The notes: generated by a model from the sequence alone, not told the origin. A DNA stretch of 13,483 nucleotides from an uncultured Candidatus Bathyarchaeia archaeon (GCA_964450845.1 CAYVGZ010000042.1:1-13483); one strand, 5' to 3'; shown: positions 1 to 7,442, numbered from the stretch's first letter. Program-made: numbers and translations.

Positions 1-1227
1 GCCTGCGATCGTTCCATTCATTACGATATTGTTGCATATGTAGTTGTGATCACCGCTACCTACCAAGATGCCTATGTCATTGCAAATGGCAATATTTCCA
101 GTGACATTATTGTGTCTGCTACCACTTAAATAAATGCCACACATATTGTTTGTCATGGCTGTGTTTCCTTTCAACGTATTTCCATGTGAAGTGAGCAGAT
201 GGATGCCATTTCCATTTTTAGCGACGTTTACATTTTCTATGGTTGAATTGGTTACTTCAGCAAATAAGATGCCTTTCCAGTTGTTTGTGATTGTTATGTT
301 TTTCACAGTTATTCTTGTAGACTTTATCACGGCTAGGCAGCCTACGTCTGGAAACGTGGACGGATCTATTATGAGGCCTTGCTGGTTCTTAAGGTAGTAC
401 ACTCGCCTTCCATCGACAAAGTTCGTAACATCTATTTCGTTTCCATATAGGTCTCCGCCTATAGCAAGGTTATATGTGTTTCCAGTCATGTTGTTATTTG
501 AAAGGATGCTGGCTCCATCCCCTCCTAACGCTATGCCTGAACTCGTGTTGTTGATTGCGGAGTTTCCGATCAACACGTTGCCATTTGAGCCAACTACTGC
601 GATGCCGGAATAGTGATTGTGTATGGCTGTGTTATTGAGTAACACATTGTTGTAGGCCCCGACACAAATGCCCTCGAAAAAGTTGTCCGTAACCAAGTTG
701 CCAATCAGGGTGTTATTGGGCGAAGCGTCTAGTTCTATGCCGTAGCCATCGTTGAAGCTCGCGGTGTTGTTGATTAAAGTATTGTGGCTGGAATAGTACA
801 AAAGGATTCCGTATGCATTGTTTGTTGCCGTGTTGTTTTCGATCGTGCAGTTCTGAGCGTGGTCGAGACAGATTCCCGCATTATCGTGCGAAACTTGTGA
901 ATTTATCACGGTGAACCCTCTTATGGTTATGTTGCTTGTTCCTTGAATGTAGAATACCCATCGAGCCTCTCGCTCCCCATCAACCACGACAGCACCATCA
1001 GCCATCAAAGTCAAATTGGACTTAGTTATCCAAATCTCACCCTCAGCGTAAACCCCCTCAGAAACAATAATCGTATCCCCAGGTAAAGCGGCTTCTAAAG
1101 CTTGCTTTATCGTAGGATAGTGAGCTGGAACCCTAATAATCCCAGGCTCCGCTGTCACTATCTGAACATTGCAGACTGGCACTGTTAGTAAGAAGCATAG
1201 ACATAAAATAGCTGTAACGCTGGGCAT
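1..1227 (-). CDS. Secreted right-handed parallel beta-helix (NosD-like/PbH1 repeat) protein; C-terminus runs off the left edge of the window
   Basis: Hand translation gives an open frame of 409 codons from ATG at 1227 to base 1. It starts MPSVTAILCLCFLLTVPVCNVQIVTA (signal peptide), followed by IRVPAHYPTIKQALEAALPGDTIIVSEGVY (typical beta-helix cap) and many NN-x-[AT]-x-x-N-x-x-GI repeats. A GGTGA SD lies about 8 nt upstream. An in-frame GTG at 1239 is an alternative start. Confidence 0.9.
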   Translation of the reverse strand, partial: MPSVTAILCLCFLLTVPVCNVQIVTAEPGIIRVPAHYPTIKQALEAALPGDTIIVSEGVYAEGEIWITKSNLTLMADGAVVVDGEREARWVFYIQGTSNITIRGFTVINSQVSHDNAGICLDHAQNCTIENNTATNNAYGILLYYSSHNTLINNTASFNDGYGIELDASPNNTLIGNLVTDNFFEGICVGAYNNVLLNNTAIHNHYSGIAVVGSNGNVLIGNSAINNTSSGIALGGDGASILSNNNMTGNTYNLAIGGDLYGNEIDVTNFVDGRRVYYLKNQQGLIIDPSTFPDVGCLAVIKSTRITVKNITITNNWKGILFAEVTNSTIENVNVAKNGNGIHLLTSHGNTLKGNTAMTNNMCGIYLSGSRHNNVTGNIAICNDIGILVGSGDHNYICNNIVMNGTIAG

Positions 1228-1253
1228 TTGCTCAATCACCCTACTACATTCAA

Positions 1254-1263
1254 TAATATATTA
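1254..1263 (-). promoter_or_regulatory. Candidate TATA box (TAATATATTA) for the beta-helix gene
   Basis: AT-only element centred about 31 nt upstream of ATG 1227; position-based inference only. Confidence 0.35.
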
Positions 1264-1369
1264 GGAAGCCTAAGCTAAAACGTTTTGTGTTCAGCGGTCG
1301 TTTTCCCAATTTCGTATGGTTCTATGGCACTTCTGATAAAAAACTCTGGGTATGCTTCGATAGAAATCT

Positions 1370-1383
1370 GAAAAAGAGGAAGG
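1370..1383 (-). terminator. Candidate archaeal pyrimidine/oligo-U terminator of the C25 gene
   Basis: CCTTCCTCTTTTTC on the minus strand about 25 nt after the TGA at 1408-1410. Confidence 0.45.
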
Positions 1384-1407
1384 TTTTTGATTTCGCTTAG
1401 GAACTCA

Positions 1408-3081
1408 TCAATGTGTGAAGCTCATGTCTTCTATGCGGCTTTGGTAGCTTGAAGAGCCCCAAGAAAATCCGATAGCGGACCTGTATCCTGGTGGACCCGT
1501 GAGACCAAGTGGACCCCCTTCTATGTAAAAGTCACCGTAGAGGACAATAGTCCATGTAGTGGAATTCAGGATTGTGTTTTCAGTGAAGGTTTCAGTCTTA
1601 AATGCAACATTTCCCTTTGTCCATTGGTAGGGACCTGAGAACTTGTACCAGATTTCTATTTTGATGTAAGTGCCAGTGACATTGTGTTCACTGCATTCCC
1701 ATGTGGTATTTCTTGGTCCAGACTGGAGATTATACCAATATCCGACTTCGATTACATTATCCCCTGAAATGCATGTTGTCCCCTTGTAAATCTTAACTCC
1801 TAAATAACCTTTCAAACAGTATTCTGCTTTAGCCCAGCTATAATGATTAGAATCCAATGTGTTGTTCCAGAATAGCTTCCAATACGTAGAGTCCCACTTA
1901 GCGTTTTGCATATATCGGATTCTTTCATCTATAGTTACGTTTAATGATTCAGACCAATCACTCCAAACGTCATAGCTATCCTTTGCTCTGGTTTTAACGC
2001 TATACATTCTAGGACACGACCAACTGTGGGAAGCGTTTCCAATCACGCCCGAATCATAAGGACCTACAGTCGTGTTTTCGCCGTCACCCCAGTCGAATTG
2101 ATACCAAACTTGATCACCATTCAAATCAGTAGTATTGGTGCTGTACTGATAAGCCACTTCGAGGTATCCTGAATCTGGACCAGAAGGCTTTGTTGGAATA
2201 TTGGGAGGAGAGTTTATCCTAAGCGTTGGATCCCCTAATAACACTAGGTTGTTGGACAAGGAAGTTCCGTTGTAGTAGTCTATATTTGAATTGTACATGG
2301 TCTTAAAGGCTTCTCCAACGCATTCATGTTCTCCAAGTTCACTGAAGGCATCAGAGAACCAAGAGGCTGTGATCCCCCAGGCATCGGTCATACCAATTGA
2401 TGCTAGACCATTGCCTTTACCGAATATCGCCGAGTTAGCAACGCAGTTCTCCTCAACGAACTTTGCAGCACTGCACGACCCAAATATATAAAAGAAGGTT
2501 TTCGGAGTGTCGTATATATAGTAACTACTTGATACTCCACCTTCGTTCCATTGCCAAAGCCAATCTGTACCATTCCAATAATAGCTTCCAAAATGATGCC
2601 CGAAGACGTTGCCATGGTTGTAGACCCAAGTCCACTCGTAGCTGTCGCCGTTTTTTAACCTATCTTTGTGGTCTATAGCGTTGGTGTTCGTTGCATTCAG
2701 ATAAGGACTTGCTACGAGGACCACATCATTATAAGACCTCTGGAGGCAATCGACCGTGTCATTAACATAAAGTTCATTATAGGTTCTGAGAGGATCCGAG
2801 TAGTTTCCGGTGGGAGAATAAAAAACAGAAGGACTAACAGCGGGATCGTTATCGACGTAGGCCAAGGCTCGTGGCTTCGCGTTCAAAGCACGCGAGCTGA
2901 CAGCTCTGTTTCCATGGTTCTTAGTGAAATAGTCTAAGAAGAGTTCTGTTTCGTTGCGCGTAGGATCACTAACTGTTGAGGCTATGAGTCTAGCAGTCCA
3001 AATTTCAGGTCTTATGGTCCCATTATGTTTGTCAAACACATTGTCACCATCTCTATCATACCAGTTCCCATCAAGATCCAT
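1408..3081 (-). CDS. Downstream fragment of the C25 peptidase (catalytic His-Cys core, PKD domain, unknown C-terminal domain)
   Basis: His codon at 2614-2616 (NHGN) and Cys codon at 2473-2475 (GSCS). PKD-type segment NSPPNIPTKPSGP...YQFDWGDG...SHSW...VKTRAKD. The frame is open 35 codons upstream of the track Met, back to the T8 run, so Met 3081 is probably not a true start. Confidence 0.85.
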   Translation of the reverse strand: MDLDGNWYDRDGDNVFDKHNGTIRPEIWTARLIASTVSDPTRNETELFLDYFTKNHGNRAVSSRALNAKPRALAYVDNDPAVSPSVFYSPTGNYSDPLRTYNELYVNDTVDCLQRSYNDVVLVASPYLNATNTNAIDHKDRLKNGDSYEWTWVYNHGNVFGHHFGSYYWNGTDWLWQWNEGGVSSSYYIYDTPKTFFYIFGSCSAAKFVEENCVANSAIFGKGNGLASIGMTDAWGITASWFSDAFSELGEHECVGEAFKTMYNSNIDYYNGTSLSNNLVLLGDPTLRINSPPNIPTKPSGPDSGYLEVAYQYSTNTTDLNGDQVWYQFDWGDGENTTVGPYDSGVIGNASHSWSCPRMYSVKTRAKDSYDVWSDWSESLNVTIDERIRYMQNAKWDSTYWKLFWNNTLDSNHYSWAKAEYCLKGYLGVKIYKGTTCISGDNVIEVGYWYNLQSGPRNTTWECSEHNVTGTYIKIEIWYKFSGPYQWTKGNVAFKTETFTENTILNSTTWTIVLYGDFYIEGGPLGLTGPPGYRSAIGFSWGSSSYQSRIEDMSFTH

Positions 3082-3463
3082 ATAGTAATAGTCGGTTGCA
3101 AGCCAACTGCCATTGATATGTCTCTCCCATTTTGCATACGGAAAGTCGCCAACAAGAAGGCAACCTGTTATATGATACCAGTTCCAAAAAAAATCTCAAA
3201 TTGCCTCTAATCCCTTCAGGTGTCATCGTTGTAACATTGCCGCAAAAGAGAGCCAGGGTATACCAACCTTCATATTGAAGGTCAGCCACATAAGTGTCTA
3301 TTGCATCTCCTATAGCCTGATTGTCGTAGAGTCGTTGTTCGACGAAAATTACTATATCATAGTCAGGGTCACCTTTGACCTCGTTAATATTGATCATGGG
3401 CAGCATCATCCCGAGAGCGATTAGTAGAATTATAGTATCTCGCAATCTTTTCATCTTCTCCAA
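3071..3463 (-). CDS. Upstream fragment of the C25 peptidase (signal peptide plus about 60 aa of the catalytic domain, then 38 out-of-frame residues)
   Basis: TTG start with a GGAGGTGA SD 6 nt upstream. MKRLRDTIILLIALGMMLPMININEVKG is a signal peptide. AIDTYVADLQYEGW and TPEGIRGNL resemble the C25 N-terminal segment. Confidence 0.8.
   Translation of the reverse strand: MEKMKRLRDTIILLIALGMMLPMININEVKGDPDYDIVIFVEQRLYDNQAIGDAIDTYVADLQYEGWYTLALFCGNVTTMTPEGIRGNLRFFLELVSYNRLPSCWRLSVCKMGETYQWQLACNRLLLYGS
3186..3193 (-). repeat. T8 homopolymer (A8 on plus) at the frameshift junction
   Basis: Minus strand reads AGA TTTTTTTT GG AAC TGG; 7 or 10 T restore the frame. Confidence 0.95.
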
Positions 3464-3469
3464 ACGTTT

Positions 3470-3477
3470 TCACCTCC
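3470..3477 (-). promoter_or_regulatory. Strong Shine-Dalgarno GGAGGTGA for the C25 gene
   Basis: Full complement of the archaeal 16S 3' end, 6 nt before TTG 3463. Confidence 0.85.
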
Positions 3478-3528
3478 TATACACTTGACGTTTTGATACT
3501 GCATTCTGAAATGCAAAGAGACACATAC

Positions 3529-4890
3529 CTACTCCATGACTTTAGACTTAACTTCCTTGAACAAAACCTCTGTTTTTATTCGCCATTCTTCAAAGCATTC
3601 AGGCGTTTCTGGATAGTTTCTATAATGGGCTTTAACCTGCTTCATCAAATTAGCTGTAAGCCTAAGCTTGTTAAGAAAACGGATTCTCTTCAACCCTCTG
3701 AAAATGCGTTTGGCAGTTTCAGTAATGTTCAGACGAAATTCTTCGCCTAAACCAGCCTTTAGAACATCTTCCTCCGTCAAGAGTTTATATTTCATCCCAT
3801 AACTCAGGTCTACGTCGCGGCTTGTCAAAAGCAACATGCGGAAAACATCTAGCCCAGCCTGTTTCGTGCCATACATTTCCATATATTTGCGGTTGTAAGG
3901 CCACAAGAATTTTTGGCTAACATCGCCCGTTTCCAAGGCTTCAATTATTGTTTTTCCTGCAAGATAGCCACTTAGCATTGATGGGCCTATTCCTCCGCCG
4001 TGGATAGGGTTTACTAGGCATGCTGCATCGCCGATGATTGCGATTCCATTTCCAACCATGTTGTCTAACGGCTTACGTGTAGGATCGTACCATGCACCAT
4101 AATTCAGAAGTAGGGAACCTTCGAACATTGGCTTGGTTAAAATATGTTTATAAAACTGGTTCTTTGGGTTTGGAAACTTACCTCGCATACAAATTCCTAA
4201 ACCAGCATTAACCTTTGCTCCGCTCTTCGGAAAAATCCATGTATAGCCCCCAGGAGTTACATTTTGGTTAAGATATATTTCGCAGTATTTAGTGTTTTCA
4301 GCTTCTTGTCTAAGCTGTCTAATTTCCCGATAGCAAGCTTCTACGTCCTCATTCGCAACTTCATTTTCTATTCCAATTTGCTCAGGAAGCTTTCGCCGAA
4401 TTACTGCCACAAAACCACTGGCATCCAAAACCACTTTTCCACTCAACTGAACATTCTTGCCAGTTCTCAAATTTTTAACCAAAACCCCATTCACGAAGCC
4501 CTTTTCGACCATTGGCTCTAAACACTGCATAGAATCAAAAAGAACAGCGCCCTCATCTAGCGCCTTTTTTAAGAGCCATTGCCCAAAAAGACGCCTGTTC
4601 AACAGGTAACCTACAAAATCCTCATGTGCAATTGTAAAAACAGTTTCTAAATCTGGCGAATAAATTTTGATCCCTTCAATTCTTTTTTCCAGTTCGCCGT
4701 TCTGAGGTTTTTCTAAACCCACATTTTTCAGATGATGCTCGCCTAAGGCGTCTCCACAAATTTTTTCTCCAATCTCCTCTCTTCTTTTCCTCTCGACTAG
4801 GCAAACTTTGAGTCCTGCTTCAGCGGTTGTTTTCGCAGCTAAGCATCCAGCTGTTCCAGCACCAATCACTATCACATCGAATTTTTCCAA
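3529..4890 (-). CDS. Digeranylgeranylglycerophospholipid reductase (geranylgeranyl reductase, Sulfolobus acidocaldarius GGR type)
   Basis: FAD motif VIVIGAGTAG, IGEKICGDAL, PGGYTWIFPK, IGDAACLVNPIHGGGIG and YGTKQAGLDVFR. Length 453 aa and motif order match S. acidocaldarius GGR as I recall it. Confidence 0.92.
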   Translation of the reverse strand: MEKFDVIVIGAGTAGCLAAKTTAEAGLKVCLVERKRREEIGEKICGDALGEHHLKNVGLEKPQNGELEKRIEGIKIYSPDLETVFTIAHEDFVGYLLNRRLFGQWLLKKALDEGAVLFDSMQCLEPMVEKGFVNGVLVKNLRTGKNVQLSGKVVLDASGFVAVIRRKLPEQIGIENEVANEDVEACYREIRQLRQEAENTKYCEIYLNQNVTPGGYTWIFPKSGAKVNAGLGICMRGKFPNPKNQFYKHILTKPMFEGSLLLNYGAWYDPTRKPLDNMVGNGIAIIGDAACLVNPIHGGGIGPSMLSGYLAGKTIIEALETGDVSQKFLWPYNRKYMEMYGTKQAGLDVFRMLLLTSRDVDLSYGMKYKLLTEEDVLKAGLGEEFRLNITETAKRIFRGLKRIRFLNKLRLTANLMKQVKAHYRNYPETPECFEEWRIKTEVLFKEVKSKVME

Positions 4891-4949
4891 TTGCCACTAC
4901 ACTTCTTGATAGCTTTGGTTCTAATTTCACTGGCTATAACTCATAACCT

Positions 4950-5456
4950 TTACTGAATTTTCTTCAAAAACTGCCTGTTTAATGGCAGGCTTATTTCAGT
5001 TGTTTCTTTTTGGGTGTCGAAAACCAAGCATGTTAAAGTTTTCTCTATGCCTTTAACTGTTCTAAGCTTATCTATGACAAAGTTTCCAACAGCATCAACA
5101 CTTTCTCCCCTGATTTTAATCAGAATGTCCCAGTCTCCAGATATTATGTGAACATCCTGGACTTCTGGAAACCTCGCAATTTGCTCCGCAATAACTCTTT
5201 GTGAGAGAGACGCTTCTCCGTTTCTGTAGGAAAAAGAGGCCAAGATGAAAGCTGTCGTACCAAAGTTTAATTTTTTGGAGTCCAAAATGGCTTTGTACCC
5301 TCTTATGATTTTCTCCTGCTCCATCCTTCTCATTTTTGCGAACACCGTCGTAATTGGTGAATCAATTTTTTGGGCGATCTCTCTTGCCGTCATCCTACAA
5401 TTCTTTTGCAACAACGCAAGTATAGCTAGGTCCTTTTCATCTAACTTGGGTTTCAT
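4950..5456 (-). CDS. Lrp/AsnC family transcriptional regulator
   Basis: N-terminal HTH LDEKDLAILALLQKNCRMTAREIAQKIDSPITTV...GYKAILD and C-terminal RAM domain PEVQDVHIISGDWDILIKI. Confidence 0.95.
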   Translation of the reverse strand: MKPKLDEKDLAILALLQKNCRMTAREIAQKIDSPITTVFAKMRRMEQEKIIRGYKAILDSKKLNFGTTAFILASFSYRNGEASLSQRVIAEQIARFPEVQDVHIISGDWDILIKIRGESVDAVGNFVIDKLRTVKGIEKTLTCLVFDTQKETTEISLPLNRQFLKKIQ

Positions 5457-5604
5457 GTTGTAATTTTTATATAAATTGAAGTATAAAAGCTTAACTTTTT
5501 GGAAAAAACGCAGAATTTTTTATAAAAAATTTATAACAAAGAGTGCTTACTTGACTTCTTATAGAATAGACCTGTCTCTAACATATTCATTAGAAGGTGA
5601 ATGC
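5457..5604. promoter_or_regulatory. Divergent promoter region between the lrp gene and asnA
   Basis: TTTTATA on minus at 5482-5488, about 28 nt before the lrp ATG (leaderless geometry). TTTATAAA at 5519-5526 lies inside an 18-bp perfect palindrome. GGTGA SD at 5596-5600. Confidence 0.6.
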
Positions 5605-6609
5605 ATGAGCAGAAAACAAGCGGCTATTCAAAAAAGCTTAGCAATTAGTGCAAGTAGATTAATTGAAATTCCAAGACCTTTGGAGCGGCTCTCCAAAAGC
5701 GAAATCGAAAGAAAGCAGTGCATCAGCAAGATAATGACCCATGTACTAAGGCATCTTACATACAAATTTGTGAATGACGGTTTTGAATGGCTGCTACCAG
5801 TAGTATTTTCCAAGTCAACAGACCCTTTATGGCCAGATCCAGGTTCATCCATCGAGAAACGCATTGAAGTAGAAATCTATGGAAAAACCCTTAGAACCAC
5901 ACTGAGTATGATAGTTCACAAGACGGTTGCTTGCTCTTTAGCCTACCCCAAATTGTTTACACTATCACCAAACGTGAGAATTGAAAGAACTGAAAGGGCA
6001 AACACTGGAATACATGCCTATGAATTTACACAACTAGATTTTGAAGTCAGAAACGCCACTTCCAAAGAAGTCAGAGATTTCACTGAAAAGATGATCTGCA
6101 AATTAATAAGCGACTTAAAAAGTCACATGAATGAAGAGCTGGCCTATCTTGGAAGGAATGACAGTTTAAAGGTTCCTGAAACGCCGTTTGAAGTATATGA
6201 CAAAAAAGAACTTGAAGATAGCTATGGAAGAAACTGGGAAGAAAAGCTAATGCTTGAAACTTGTGATCCAATATGGGTTACGAACGTCCCTAGAGAGTTT
6301 TATGATTTTGAAGACTTTAAAGAGGGCAAGTGGGATAACTATGATTTACTACTGCCTCAATATGGGGAAGTATTATCTGGTTCCAGAAGGGAGTGGGAAT
6401 ACAACAAGATAGTGAGAAAAATGGAAAGAGATGATGTTAAAAAAGAAAACTATGAATTATTGTTGATGTTGGCGAAGGAGGGCAGGTTGAAGCCTTCGGC
6501 TGGCGCAGGAATCGGTATAGAAAGACTGGTAAGCTGGATAGTGGGAGCTGAACACATAGGAGAAACGCAACCGTTTCCTAAAATACCTGGAATAGTCTAC
6601 GACTTGTGA
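5605..6609 (+). CDS. asnA: Archaeal asparagine synthetase A (aspartate-ammonia ligase, AsnRS2/AS-AR type), 334 aa
   Basis: GFEWLLPV...TDPLWPDP, EVEIYG, LSPNVRIE, HAYEFTQLDFE, NVPREFYD, NYDLLLP.YGEV.SG..REWEY and KPSAGAGIGIERLV match Pyrococcus AS-AR; there is no anticodon-binding domain. Start moved from the track's TTG 5476 to ATG 5605, which has a GGTGA SD 4 nt upstream. Confidence 0.93.
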   Translation: MSRKQAAIQKSLAISASRLIEIPRPLERLSKSEIERKQCISKIMTHVLRHLTYKFVNDGFEWLLPVVFSKSTDPLWPDPGSSIEKRIEVEIYGKTLRTTLSMIVHKTVACSLAYPKLFTLSPNVRIERTERANTGIHAYEFTQLDFEVRNATSKEVRDFTEKMICKLISDLKSHMNEELAYLGRNDSLKVPETPFEVYDKKELEDSYGRNWEEKLMLETCDPIWVTNVPREFYDFEDFKEGKWDNYDLLLPQYGEVLSGSRREWEYNKIVRKMERDDVKKENYELLLMLAKEGRLKPSAGAGIGIERLVSWIVGAEHIGETQPFPKIPGIVYDL

Positions 6610-6820
6610 AGATGCAATATATTCAAACACAAAAGAACTTCGATAAACAGCGAAACGATACTAAGTGAAGCTTATTCTAAAAAGGGGCATAGAAAGCGAA
6701 ATAAGTACCTAAATGCAAAAATGAATCTTGTATATGGATTAGTGGTTCATAATTGTTAATTATATTGTTGGCTTACCATGGAAAACAAGTATAGAATCAA
6801 AATGAAACGGTGTATCTAAA

Positions 6821-7075
6821 ATGATGAAAAAAGAAGCTGTTAAGAAAAACATGACATACACGATTGATCTGACGAAGATTGACGGAGACGGAGCTTTCCC
6901 ATGTCCTAAATGTGGAAGTATAATATCTCCAGACGACGAAAGCGAAGAAGTTTACCAAATCGTTGAAACAAAAGTTAAGGATGACGAACTAGCAGAATTA
7001 ATGTTGACATGCAACAAATGCGGAAGCACCATTAAGCTTGTAGGCTTTCTATCTCAACCAGAAAACAAAACTTGA
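6821..7075 (+). CDS. Small acidic Zn-ribbon protein (CPKC-x32-CNKC), function unknown
   Basis: Two CxxC pairs; GGTG at 6809-6812 lies 8 nt before the ATG. Confidence 0.8.
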   Translation: MMKKEAVKKNMTYTIDLTKIDGDGAFPCPKCGSIISPDDESEEVYQIVETKVKDDELAELMLTCNKCGSTIKLVGFLSQPENKT

Positions 7076-7097
7076 ATCAGCGAAGAACCATTTCAAG

Positions 7098-7322
7098 CTA
7101 CTTTTCCACTTCAAGTCTTCTACTTATAACCGTAAAGACCATCCATAAGACGACCCCATAGAAAAGCCCGTTAAAAACCGCACTCAAATACCCTGCATAC
7201 TCGCTTATTGATTCTCCAATCAGCGTACAGAAAAAGTTTCCCGGAAACATTGGCGAAGGGATTAGCAGCGACGCCAGTGTGAAAAGTGAGAAGAAAGAGA
7301 TTAGAATTAGCGCTCCCCTCAT
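7098..7322 (-). CDS. Small two-TM membrane protein, function unknown
   Basis: Two hydrophobic stretches and a charged C-terminus (RRLEVEK); AGGTGA SD 7 nt upstream. Confidence 0.78.
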   Translation of the reverse strand: MRGALILISFFSLFTLASLLIPSPMFPGNFFCTLIGESISEYAGYLSAVFNGLFYGVVLWMVFTVISRRLEVEK

Positions 7323-7442
7323 TACGAATTCACCTAGGTGTTTTGTTCATGCGTTTTAGTTCTCAACGGTGTCCTATCTAATATCGCAATATTTAATAAA
7401 TCTTCTTGTCTACTCGCACAACACAAATACAGATCTAGAGCT

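Larger units (their letters stand above)
1408..3463 (-). pseudogene. Frameshift-interrupted (or phase-variable/recoded) secreted gingipain-like C25 cysteine peptidase with PKD and C-terminal domain; 684 aa if one T is removed
   Basis: Removing one T from the T8 run at 3186-3193 joins the two track ORFs: ...IRGNLRFF/WNWYHITGCLLVGDFPY...ATDYYYMDLDGNW...PEIWTARL...NHGN...FGSCSAAKF...GLASIG...LVLLGDPTL. These match C25 motifs (LLVGD-x-P, D-x-x-Y-x-D-x-DG, GRL, catalytic HG and C, LLGDP). Confidence 0.85.

Noticed and set aside
1-1227. Interpreting the NosD-like protein as evidence of nitrous oxide reduction
   Set aside because: The fold is a generic beta-helix, and there is no nosZ, nosF or nosY nearby.
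3500-3515. TGCATT-CTGA-AATGCA hairpin between GGR and C25
   Set aside because: A 6-bp AT-rich stem with no U-tract after it; too weak to call a terminator.
5476-5604. Track's TTG start and 43-aa N-terminal extension of asnA
   Set aside because: It runs through the AT-rich promoter region; ATG 5605 has a GGTGA SD and fits the family better.
6778-6819. 13-codon uORF (MENKYRIKMKRCI) ending 1 nt before the Zn-ribbon start
   Set aside because: No SD and no amino-acid-biased leader-peptide signature; this length is common by chance.
7331-7340. Palindrome CACCTAGGTG overlapping the SD of the 2-TM gene
   Set aside because: It could form only a 3-bp stem; chance-level.
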